Below are positions 13,903 through 25,859 of a DNA stretch of 64,000 nt, in pieces. Position 1 is the stretch's first letter; the number at the start of each line of letters is the position of its first letter. Location of the stretch: NCBI RefSeq assembly GCF_006345805.1, contig NC_043003.1:42532001-42596000 (forward strand), in the 5' to 3' direction. Below the pieces are notes generated by a model that was given only the letters and a program-made list of their open reading frames with translations, did no database searches and was not told where the DNA came from. Source of the stretch: Octopus sinensis. Its lineage: Eukaryota. The position numbers and the translations under genes are program-made.

Positions 13903-13979
13903 GAGCATATGGTGTAGTGGTTAAGAGCGCGGGCTACTAACCCCAAGATTCCGTGTTCGATTCCAGGCAGTGACCTGAC

Positions 13980-14011
<32 letters not shown>

Positions 14012-14157
14012 CCGAAAAATACCTTAGGAATGAGAACCCAGGTTCGAAATTTCCCCAAGATACCTGATTAAGTCTGGAGGGTATAACAGCCAAAACGTTG
14101 TGTTAACAACGAACAAGATGAGGACAAATATCCGTCTAATGTAAATAATGTAAATGT
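13903..14157 (+). mobile_element. H1 copy 2: tRNA-derived head + (AAT)n + hammerhead tail
   Basis: Head has an A box (TGGTGTAGTGG) and a B box (GTTCGATTCC). The hammerhead at 14059-14104 is mutated (CTGATTA, AAAAC). Confidence 0.8.
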
Positions 14158-15469
14158 TGAGAAATCAATTCTTCAAGCAACTGAATTACCTATTGGATGA
14201 AATTTCACAGATCTGTATACTCTTAACGCAAACCCGAGGTAGTATGATGTTTCATATAGTGCAGAACAAAGCTGGACCAGTGATTTATAAATGCAACCTA
14301 CCCTACGGACTTCTGAATTGCGTTTAGGTAACTTTACTCACAAGACTGGGTCAAACCCTGTATTTGATGGAAGACACATACCCACGAATCTACGCAATGT
14401 GATTGAACCTAGAACCTCGTAATTGCAAAGAAAATATTCGGTAGTGGTTGAAGTCTTCGTAGTGATAGACAGAACGATAGCTACCTTGACTTCATTCGAA
14501 CTGCCAATCCTCTTGATGGACAATTTGTTACACTACCTGCTTTCACAGTTGTTGCATATATTATATTTATAAGATATTTTCATAAAATATCTCGGCTAAA
14601 TTCAAATGCACTTATTGACCCGTAACCTGCTTTAATAACGAGCAATTTTTAGTTAATCCAGCTCACCTGGATTTATTAGTTCCTCCCTTTGTACTTTACT
14701 TATTTCTGTATTATTCTATAATTACCAACTTTAATTATCCTCAGTAATTTTACAATATTATATTTTGCACCGAGTGACCCTGCGTGTTTTTAATCTTTTG
14801 CCTCCAAACTCCACAATATGAAAAGACAACGTCGCAGCCTGCATGTGGTCGTTTAGACTGCTAGAGACTACAGCCAAATCTCCCATCCCAAAATTCATAC
14901 TCTACCGATTTGAAATAAAAGCTTACAATGGAAAACCGTATGATAGATACAGTGTGTGAAAAATACAAAAGAAGAGATGGTCACAACTAGATTGTCTTAT
15001 GAATGTAGAGTTTTTGAGTTAGCCTGTTGCTAATATCAACACTACCAACAATAATATCAACACTAGATAAAGAAATATAGTAAGTAAGGTCTTCTCAAGT
15101 TCTCGTGTACAGGAACGTGCTAAACATCATCTTATACGAATATGTGTTCCATAGTATTCCTGAGAAAGAAGGACGAAAGTTCAGTATGCATTGCTTACAG
15201 TGTTTCTTACGTTATGTGACGCAGTTACCGTTCAGAAAGAATAATTACATACTTGTATTTCGGACGACAAATCTGGACTGTTTCAGTAGGACTTTTGCAG
15301 TAAGGGATGTATATTTTTTCCAGTGAATCCTTATTGAGCTGCATTAAAATATAAAATATATGAGATATGTCTGGGGATATGAGACACAGTTGAATTGTTA
15401 TATGATGGGTATTGATGTAGCATAAAGTTGATGTATAACTATAGGTAAGTGGAAAGTTGCAGTTAATAA

Positions 15470-15965
15470 GATATATTCTTTTCTACTCTGGGCACAAGGC
15501 CCAACATTTTGGGGGAGTGGGGGAGAGTCGATTAGATCGACCCCAGTACGCAACTTGTACTTAATTTACAATATTAACTCCAAGATTCCGAGTTCTATTT
15601 CAGGCAGTGATCTCAATAATAATAATAATAATAACAACAACAACAACAACACAACAACAACAACAACAACAACAACAACATCGAAAAATACCTTAGGAAT
15701 GAGAACCCAGGTTCGAAATTTACCCAAGACACCTGATGAGGACTGGAGGGTAAATCAGCCGAAATGTTGTGTTAACAACAAACAAGATGAGGACAAATAT
15801 CCGTCAACTGTAAGTAATGTAAATAGTGGTACTTAATTTATCGACCCCGAAGGGATGAAAGGCAATGTCGACCTCGGCGGAATTTGAACTCAGGACGTAA
15901 AGACAGACGAAATACCGCAAAGCATTTCGCCCGGCGTGCTATCGTTTCTGCCATCTTGCCACCTT
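15470..15965 (-). mobile_element. SINE family A interrupted by an H1 insertion
   Basis: SINE A 3' part at 15470-15568 and 5' part at 15829-15965; gtacttaattta is duplicated at the break. Confidence 0.85.
15569..15828 (+). mobile_element. H1 copy 3, 5'-truncated, with 12-bp TSD
   Basis: Partial tRNA head, (AAT)n(AAC)n, tail with hammerhead motif at 15728-15773 (CTGATGA...GAAATGTT). TSDs at 15557-15568 and 15829-15840. Confidence 0.85.
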
Positions 15966-16675
15966 AATAAGATTTTATATTGTCGAGAATTATAGGCGTT
16001 ACAAGAAAGCTGTAGACTAAAGCATTATCGAATCCATAACAAGTGGACAAAACCTTATTTATAGGTTTTCAAAAAGCAGTTCCAGTAGGCATTTCACAAT
16101 TAAATAATTAGTGACGACAGTAAACTATAGTTGAAGAGATTTTCACAGTGGAGATAATTGTATATCTCAGTTGGTTTGTTGAGTGATTCGTTTAACCATT
16201 ATGTTCTGACGATCTGATGAGCTACCTTCCTTTATCTGCAGTGATTTCTGGATATACAATTGTATTATATAATGCGTAGCATGCATATTAGTGCAAACAT
16301 GTAAATATAATTTATTATACACAGAAATTATTATTGCATGAAGAGGCTGTGAAACGGTTACAATCCTACGGATAACCTGCGGTTAAACAACTACATTCAC
16401 CTCTCAAACCTCCTGACATTTTATGGTTTAAATATTCGTCACGAAATATTTCTATCGACTGGATCTGGATCTCAGTCGCATGGAACTCTGCATTATACTG
16501 TTCTATATTTCAATACTATGTGGTCTGCTAGGCGAGTCTGCGAGAGAAATTCTCTGTGATAGACACACGGTTCTCTGAATCCACATATTACTCTACAAAT
16601 ATATGTATGTATGTACGTATGTGTATATACATACATATAGATACATAGAGAGATAGAGTTGAATAGAGACATACA

Positions 16676-16726
<51 letters not shown>

Positions 16727-16747
16727 GTGTGTATACACACACACACA

Positions 16748-16813
<66 letters not shown>

Positions 16814-17229
16814 TATATGGGGTTTTAGTTCTGAGGTAATCTATACCACTAAGTACGCTAGGTAAGTGCTGTAACGGATTACTAGGGCTCAAAAGTTATA
16901 GCCGAGATGGTAGTTATGGACCCATTGCAGAATTCCGATGCAGCGGATATATAATTGTTAAAGAGGACAATAGATAATAACAATTCAAAGTAAATAACTC
17001 TGCAAAGGGCTTTTGTGCGTTCCCAGAAAACATAACCCTTAGGAGCGCTAGTGTTGAAATAGATTTACAATAAATGTAGAAAAGGCCTGACATTTAGTTT
17101 TACTGTAGACATACACATGAATTTGCATACGGATTTTAAAATAAAATGATATGTAGATTATCAATACATTTACATCACTTACAAATATTACAGTTAAATA
17201 CTAAATATCCGATGATTTGGTGGTTGTTA

Positions 17230-19640
17230 TAAATTTTTCAGAGCTTCTTGGTAAACAGCATTTTAGGTCTCTCCTTGAGGGGCATAAATAAACAAATAAT
17301 TAGGATTGCCGACTCTTGAGCATCCATATAAAGTTGGCCTTGAGAGAGGACTGGTTCCGCAAGGTTCGGACATACCACATCCAAAGAGTGCCCCTGGGCA
17401 ATGTTAATGCTCATTGCAAAGCTCAGTTTCAACGGGAATTGCAGGCTCTTGTACCGGAAAGGCATATCCGAGGAAATAAGTAGAATTCTAGGAATGAATA
17501 CAGGTTAATTGCTTGCTTCAGCAGTCAAATTTGTTGTCTCCAAAACTGTTGGCATCCCCTTCTTTATTAGGAGTCGTATGCCATTGCAAATCTTTGGTGG
17601 ATCGAAGTTTCGAACCAGCATAACTAGTGCTCAAATCTTGAGGTGGAAGTTGTGAGGTGGTGTTAGACTATTCAAGAATTCAACTGGATAATTCACAGCT
17701 TCATCGAAGTGTGATCTTCAGATCATCAACTGCCACATTCTTTCGAGCAAAAATGGCACTGGTTTTCAGGAAGTTGTGGTCTGTAAACTGATTCCTTGGG
17801 TTAGGAAACACCTTATTCATTAGTTCCTTTAAATCATATACCGTATGTCCAAAAGGCAAGCTTACATTCTCGTCAACTGAAGTGCCATTACCGACGTCCA
17901 ACAGTTGCTTTGAAAAGGTTCTGTCTCTGCATTATCACCACTGAGCTGCAATATCATGGTGGTTGTGATATTCAGTTTTTTTCACACTACTCCACAGGTA
18001 GGACGACTTTATGCTGGCATTTACTTCATTATCTCTTGTCCCCTTTGAAATCAGTCTACTGCAAACAAAGCTGTGGCTCTTTCCATGAGCCTGGTTTTGT
18101 GTCTCAGATCCTGAAGGGCCATGTCAAGAGCTTTAAAGGAAACCTTATGGTTCATCATCGCCTCATCCCAGATTATCAACCTGCATTCACCCTGAAGTTT
18201 GATCTTTATAGAACCACGACTGATTTTGCAGTTTGCCTTCTCTTTCTTAGACAGGTCCAAAGGGAGTTTGAAACAGGAATGAGCTGTGCAATCATCACTT
18301 AGCAGAGTTGCAGCTATTCCACTTGACGCCACTGCTATGGCAATGTGTTTCGTTTCGGGAGTTTAGCCAGAAGAAGGTTGATGACAAATATCTTGCCAGT
18401 TCAACCTGGGGCATTCAGAAATAAAAGGCCTCTTTCTTCACTTTCAATGCTCGAAATAATGATATTATAAACACCCAGTTTGTGTTCGTTATCAGCTATA
18501 AATGCCATCATTTTCTCGATGTCATAACTGTTTACGCAATTGCGAGATCGTTTGCTACCTGCTCCGATTGAGGCAGACCAAATGTGGCAATGCCTTGACC
18601 GCACATAGCTTACACTCGGGTGTCCAGGTCAAGTAATGCCTCAGTGTAAATAGCGTTATTGAACGTGACAATATCCTGTGTGGTTTCCCTTTGAATCCCT
18701 TGTAGGATGTCCTCTGACATGCTGGTTTTGTGAGTTGCTCAGAGCTTGAGAGGATCACCTAAGCCACATGACATCAACATGATAGCAAATAGCTGGCGCA
18801 GTTGAGTTGGTGCACTGCTGACTGCTGCCTCTCCCAGTGTCCGCTCCTAGTGAGCATCGTCCTCCAGTAGTCCATGTTTGGCGAAGGCTTCTCAGTAGGT
18901 TGTGCAGACTTCCCCACTGCGTCTTTGTAGGTCTGACAGTGTGCAGCAGTAGACGCAGAAACAGGCACTCCTGCTGATTAGGGCGCACAATGTAAACCCA
19001 ACTGATAGCCCCACTTCTGAAGACAAAATGTTATTCCCATCCTTCAATACGTGCTTCTTGCTTGCGTCTGTTCCATCTATTTTGTGCCCAGAGGAACTTC
19101 AACATTCAACAGTGATCAACATTCAACAGATCACATAGGCATAATTTGAAGAAAGCTTTGAAAGTGGTTTCTAATGGATTCAGAACTACGTTTCGAGCAT
19201 TGTCTTCTGTGAAATATAAAAGCTGGCCATTTTCAAAACGTACAGATAGATTCACCACTGTTGGATACCGCTCGTAGATTTCGAAACCCAGGATGTGCCA
19301 CATCGCCTCGTTAGAGAAAATATAGCTGCCCAACTTATATTGCTGAATTTCATCTGCCCTCCTGTTCAAGTCCAAAAACCGCCATATCTGAGCCCTTATT
19401 GATGTATTTACATACATATTTAATACATTTTATAGAGTTGCATGACTCAACATTAACACGGGCTGCAATGTTTTAGACAAGAATGGGTTCTATGGTACGA
19501 TCCACCTGTTGTTAATTTCCATTTCTTGACCATTAACTTTGAGCTTGTTAGTTTTTCCAGCTTCTGGTTTTCGGCGCCTGTAGGGTAAAGGTCGTGTCCT
19601 GTACATTTCTCGTGGATAAATTCCCTGGGAAACCGTTTGA
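17230..19640 (-). mobile_element. Degenerate Helitron (Rep/PIF1 helicase) remnant
   Basis: Frameshifted pieces: DEIQQY..YI..NEAMWHILGFEIYERYPTVVNLSV, QQECLFLRLLLHTV, FLNAPG, ASSGIAATLL..TAHS.FKLPL, LIIWDEA, QFPLKLSFAMSINIAQG. Confidence 0.92.
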
Positions 19641-19696
19641 TGCAAAGGAACATGAATGGGTTATTTCCTTTGGCTGTCGAACAGATCGTCCCAATA

Positions 19697-19988
19697 TTTC
19701 TTATTTTCTGGTTTAATACTTAATCTATCTCTTTTGCCGAGTCACTATGTTACGGTGTTTGTTTATGGGAGCATAAACAAACAAACACCTGCTGTTGTCA
19801 AGCGGTGACAGGGGACAAATGCACACACACACACATACACGATGGGCTTCTTTCAGTTTCCGTACACCAAATCCACTCACAAGGCTTTGGTTGGCCCGGT
19901 GTTATAGTAGAACGCACTTATCCAGGCTGCTAAGCAGTGGGACTGAACCTGGAAGCATGTGGTTGGAAAGCAAAGCTCTTGCCATACA
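19697..19988 (-). mobile_element. SINE family B copy
   Basis: Reverse-complement match to the family (gggcttctttcagtttccgt...cagtgggactgaacc). Confidence 0.75.
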
Positions 19989-20640
19989 AATATGAATTTA
20001 TCTTCGCATTCTTTCAGCGATGAGTTTACCCAGATTACTTCCTTGATTTAATATTGTAACATGATCTATTACATATTAAGACAATCCTTTCAGTACACCG
20101 CATTTAATTAGAACTTCAATCGTTTTAGACTAGTTTAACATGATTTGCCCTCCCATTTTATTTAATCGTCGCAGCTTAGAACTCATAACCATTTAATATA
20201 AATTTAGTTTTGTCTTACATAACTGTCGCTTTCCTCCGACATAAAACACAACACTACACAAATCATCTTTAGAATTATTCGTGTTAACACCCTTATTTAA
20301 TTCAATTAACAGCACCATGTGAGTCTATCATTTGGTTCAAATAACAGGTTCCGTTCCTAATTAATTTCCATTTATGCCCCTTCTAACAATCATAGATTTT
20401 AATCGTTATCTTAATTGACTGAAGCCTTTGTTTATGATTTTATGTAAATTTTTAATTAATAACTCGCTTTTCTATGCATTTACATCATCTCGACTGCATT
20501 TTTTTCTTTGAATCATGATTGTTCCCCAAGGAACAGTTCCTTCTCTCCTCCTCCTCCTCCTCCTCCGCCTCCGCCGCCTCCTTCTCCTCCGCCGCCGTCG
20601 CCTCATTCTCCTCCACATCATCACGATCATTATTATTATT

Positions 20641-21057
20641 AAGGCAGCGAGCTGGCAGAACCGTTAGCACGCAGGGCGAAATGCGTAGCCGTATTTCGTC
20701 TGCCGTTACGTTCTGAGTTCAAATTCCGCCGAGGTCGACTTTGCCTTTCATCCTTTCGGGGTCGATTAAATAAGTACCAGTTACGCACTGGAGTCGATGC
20801 AATCGACTTAATCCGTTTGTCTGTCCTTGTTTATCCTCTCTGTGTTTAGCCCTTTGTGGGTAGTAAAGAAATAGGTATTTTGTTTGCCGCTACGTTCTGA
20901 GTTCAAGTTCCGCCGAGGTCGACTTTGCCTTTCATCCTTTCATGGTCGATAAATTATGTACCAGTGGAACACGAGTCGATGTAATCGACTATCCACCACC
21001 CCCAAATTCCAGGCCTTGTGCCTATATTGTGCCTATAGTAGAAAGTTTTATTATTAA

Positions 21058-21060
<3 letters not shown>
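20641..21060 (+). mobile_element. SINE family A, two-unit tandem
   Basis: Full head followed by units starting at 20690 and 20874 (184-bp period). Confidence 0.88.
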
Positions 21061-21096
<36 letters not shown>

Positions 21097-21097
<1 letters not shown>

Positions 21098-21490
21098 GCG
21101 GGGAGTTGACAGAATCGTCAGCCCGCCGTGTGAAATGCTTAGCAGGATTTCGTCCGCTTTTACATTCTGAAGGCCTGTAGTAGAAATAATGCTTTCTCTA
21201 TAAGCACGAGGCCTGGAATTTTGAAAGAATGAGGACCGTTGATTGCATTGACCGCAGTGCTTATCCTGTCAAAGTTCTACATTCATAAATGTTATAATTT
21301 CTGTTTTGATTCATCTAAATATTTCTCTCAGTACTTTATACTCTGAGTTCAAAAATCTGACTGAGTTCAACTTTGCCCTTTATCTTTTTGAGGGTCGATA
21401 CAGTAATGCATCTCTAGTATTGCAGTCGAAGTGTCTACTAATTCCTTGTTTCAAAACTACTGGCCTTTTGCCAAAATCAGAAACAAAAAC
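21097..21490. mobile_element. Rearranged SINE A fragments
   Basis: Head at 21097-21170 (+), an inverted tail-like piece at ~21170-21265, and a degenerate core at ~21335-21490 (+). Confidence 0.5.
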
Positions 21491-22452
21491 ATCGTTTTAT
21501 CTAATTTCTAGTTCTTCATAACTTTGATTTCTTATGTTAAATATTCTACTCTACCATCGATTCCATTCCATAGTTAAGATTACTAAAGCGAAACACTGTA
21601 AAAGCATATGGCAAAACGTCGAATAATATTATAGATTATTCTCATTTCATCTTATCATGAAATGAACCATATTTTTATATCATAATTTCTATGGTTAATT
21701 TCTTCCACTAACAATAATATGTTGCAACTGACACAATGAACTAAAACCCTTGTTTCCAGTTTCTTTAATTTTTCTGTAAGATTCAAAAAACATTTTGCAA
21801 TTACCTTTCTTATCACTCTTATTTACTGCCCTTGTCATCAATATATATCTCTTATACATTTTCAAATGAGTTTCTCAATCCCTAATCTTCGATTATTCTT
21901 CGTTACATTAAGATCCACGTCGTCCTATCACTTTTAATTTATTCCTTACTAATTAACGAATCATATTTTCAAACACCGCTTTATTACCAAATAAGGTAAC
22001 TTTGTAATAAAGCAGTGTTTTAATACGTAATTCGCCTATTGTCTCCATTTTCTATGCTACAGATTTTCAAATGGTCGACGGCTATATTTCCCATTGGTTT
22101 TCACATAATAAACTGCATAACTTAGACATTTACATCCTTCATATTGTTCTTTGATTTGTTTACTGAAACAAACAAGGTTTTGTAAGACCATTCTCTATCA
22201 AATTAAAATTCCAATCCAACACTCCATATATTGAGTATTATTTATTGATTGTGTTTAACATTGTTACTAACCGACACATTTTTATATATGCCTTTTCTAC
22301 GAACACCATCCACTTTTTCAATCCGAAGGGATTTTTAAAACAATATTTAAGCGCTAATATTTATAGCTTTATTGCTTCGAGTTTTACCATAACAAAACAG
22401 AAATAACAAACGAACACACACGCACCCCCCACATACATACATAAATATATAT

Positions 22453-22874
22453 GCGCAAGAGTAACTGTATGGTAAGTAGCTTGCTTATCAACAACATGGT
22501 CCCGAGTTCAGTCCCACTGCGTGGCACCTTGGGCAAGTGACTTTTACTATAGCCTCGGGTCGACCAAATCCTTATGAGTGGATTCGGTAGACGGAAACTG
22601 GAAGAAGCCCGTCATATATTTATATATATATATATGTGTGTATGTGTGTGTGTGTGTGTGTGAGTGTGTTTGTGTTTGTGTGTCTGTTTGTCCCCACCCC
22701 CAGCATTGCTGGTTTATTTACGTCCCTGCAAGCTAGCGGTTCGGCAAAAGAGACCGATAGAATAAGTACTTGGCTTACAAAGAATAAGCTCTGGGGTCGA
22801 TTTGCTCGACTATAATGGCGGTGCTCCAGCATGGCCGTAGTCAAATGACTGAAACAAGTCAAACAGTAAAAGAG
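22453..22874 (+). mobile_element. SINE family B, full length
   Basis: Colinear with 11487-11934. Confidence 0.85.
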
Positions 22875-23094
22875 TATGCACACACACACACATATACATT
22901 TACATGCACACAGACGCAAACACAGACATACATATACATGTATATGTAGATATGTACACACGCATATGTGTGCATGTGGTACCAATCTGAGTACAGATTG
23001 ACAGATTGAGGTCCGGTGTGTATTTCTATATGAATATTCGTTACGCTTCCTTTGTTGAATGAGAAAGCTGTACTAGAACTCGACTGATACTCAT

Positions 23095-23520
23095 TGTAGT
23101 AACTTATTTCTTTATTGCCCGCAAGGGGCGAATCATAGAGGGGACATATAAGGAGAGACAAGGGGATAAAGTCGACTAGATCGACCTCAGTGCGTAACTG
23201 GTACTTAGTTTGTTTACCCCGAAAGGATGAAAGGCAAAGTCGACCTCAGCGGAATTTGAACTCAGAACGTAACGGCAAACAAAATACCTATTTCTTTACT
23301 ACCCACAAGGGGCTAAACACAGAGGACAAACAAGGACAGACAAACGGATTAAGTCGATTATATCGACCCCAGTGCGTAACTGGTACTTATTTAATCGACC
23401 CCGAAAGGATGAAAGGCAAAGTCGACCTCGGCGGAATTTGAACTCAGAACGTAGCGACAGACGAAATACCACCAAGCATTTTGCCCAGCGTGCTAACAGT
23501 TCTGCCAGCTCGTTGCCTTA
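23095..23520 (-). mobile_element. SINE family A, two-unit tandem
   Basis: Reverse complement of the same unit, ~183-bp period, same junction. Confidence 0.85.
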
Positions 23521-23959
23521 TTCTCCATGTAGTAACGTGAATCACTCTGTTTGTTCAAAGATATAACGCGCTGTCCTGTGCAGCAATCGAAAATACAACC
23601 CAACGCACTTAGAAATAGATCACCTGTCTTCATTCTGACTGTGGTGTGAGACTGAACTACATTTATTACATGCATATTTATTAGAGTTAGATGAATTGTG
23701 TAAAAGACTGTAAGCTAAGACAGTACCAGCTTGATAACTAGTCTCACACCGTTTCGTAATAATTATCTGAAATGTTTGGTGGAATATGACCTAAGGATGA
23801 GTCAAATTTATGTCATTCGTGTCTGAATGAACAAAGATTAAAACAATCAGGATATGATTTGCATTCGGGTAACGTTATTAAGGATGAATGAACCTGCCAA
23901 GACATCTCCAACGACTAAAGCACACGCCTTCGCAATGTGAGCATGAGTGTATATGTATA

Positions 23960-24023
23960 TAAGTACATACATATATGCGTACGTTCGTGCGTATGTATGC
24001 ATGTATGTATGTATGTATGTATG

Positions 24024-24057
<34 letters not shown>

Positions 24058-24350
24058 TGTATGTATGTATGTATGTATGTATGTATGTATGTATGTCAGT
24101 ATTGAGCTTTATTTCACGATTTCTTGCCAATAGAGAAACAGTCGATTTTTAACCTAGATCTAAGGCTCCTTCAATGGAATTTGAACAACATCAACGGGGT
24201 ATGTATGTATGTATGTATGTATGTATGTATGTATGTATGTATGTATGTATGTATGGATGGATGTATGGATGGATGGATGGATGGATGGATGGATGGATGG
24301 ATGGATGGATGGATTGATGGATATATGTATGTATGGGTGGATGGATGAAT
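23960..24350. repeat. (ATGT)n and (ATGG)n tetranucleotide arrays
   Basis: Direct reading. Confidence 0.95.
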
Positions 24351-24639
24351 GTGTGCGTGCAGATTTATAAGTTTTGTGTTGTATATGTCTTCTTATGTGT
24401 ATAGTTGCATATCTAGACATGCTCATATATACTTGAATGATAAACCTCTGGAAGGATTTTACAGATTTTTTTTCCGTTCCAGTCAGTGATGGATTGGATG
24501 TGTAGTCTTCGAATCATCTTTCTTCTTTCTGGTTTTAATAGCCTAACTTTTGAAGATTGGTAGGCAGTTTATTTTATATATCCCAGTAATCAATATGTAT
24601 GTATGTATACATATATAAATGTATGTAGCTATGTGTACG

Positions 24640-24671
<32 letters not shown>

Positions 24672-24879
24672 TGTATGTATGTATGTATGTATGTATGTAT
24701 GTATGTATGTGTGTGTACGTGTGTATGTATGTATGTAGGCATGTATGCAAGTATCGTGATGGTATTAAAACCGCACAAGTATAATATACACCATCCAATT
24801 TCATCATTTCATAAACAATAACCTCAGCTTCAACAGCAACAATAACAAATACTTTTGACACATTAAAGTATAAAAAGGG

Positions 24880-25219
24880 GTAAAGACCCCCTTCGGTCAT
24901 GAATGACCATGAGATTGCACCTAGAAAGTTACCCTCCTAGACACAAGTCCGGGCAAGGTTATTTATGGAAGACCAGCAGTCGCCCATGCATACCAGCCTC
25001 CCCTCTCCACGCCACCAGTGTTATCCAAGGGAAAGACAAAGGTCAATACAGCTTGGCACCAGTGACGTCGCAACTCATTTCTACAGCTGAGTGAACTGGA
25101 GCAACGTGAAAATAAAGTGCTTTGCTCAAGAACACAACATGCAGCCCGGACCGGGATTCGAGCTCACAACCTCACGATCGTAAGCTCGACGCTCTAACCA
25201 CTGAGCCATGCGCCTTCAC
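24880..25219 (-). mobile_element. tRNA-Arg-derived SINE (family C)
   Basis: Minus strand: ggcgcatggctcagtggttagagcgtcgagcTTACGATcgtgaggttgtgagctcgaatccc (A/B boxes, ACG anticodon), then a gtgttcttgagcaa core and a tail. Confidence 0.75.
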
Positions 25220-25439
25220 ATTAAAGTATATAGAAGAGCAAACTCTGCATATAGGACCCAAAGGATATTCTGAGACATTTTGAGGAAAGTAAGTGCGTCT
25301 AATATGTCATCAAATATAACTTGTGTGTGTGTGTGTATGCGTGTGTGTGCGTGCACGTGTGAGAAGTGCATAAATATACAATACAAAATGGATATACGCA
25401 CACCCAGGAACGTAGACAACTATACATACATGTATATCT

Positions 25440-25850
25440 ATCTATCTACCTGCCTGCCTACCTACCTACCTACCTACCTACCTACCTACCTACATACATA
25501 CATACATACATACATACCTACTTACCTACCAACATATCTACATACATGTATACAGATATACATACATACGTACATAACATATATACATACATGCATGCAT
25601 GCATACATACATGCATACATATATACATACATACATACATACCAACCTACCTACCTACTTACCTACCAACGTATCTACATACATGTATACAGATATACAT
25701 ACATACGTACATAACATATATACATACATGCATGCATGCATGCATACATGCATGCATACATACATACATACATACATACATACATACAATCATACATACA
25801 TACATACATACATACATACATACATACATACATACATACATACATACATA
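25440..25850. repeat. (TACC)n/(TACA)n array with an internal 137-bp duplication
   Basis: cttacctaccaac...acagatatacatacatacgtacataac occurs at 25521 and 25658. Confidence 0.9.
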
Positions 25851-25859
25851 AGGGTGTCT

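Noticed and set aside
13903-13978. Functional tRNA gene (ACT anticodon)
   Set aside because: D, anticodon and T stems pair poorly, and it runs into a microsatellite and repeat tail; it is a SINE head.
21900-22350. Another old R4-like LINE relic (IYGVLDW) on the minus strand
   Set aside because: Only one short motif can be recognised by eye; insufficient without a profile search.
25145-25219. tRNA-Arg(ACG) gene
   Set aside because: No proper acceptor stem, and it continues directly into a SINE core and tail.
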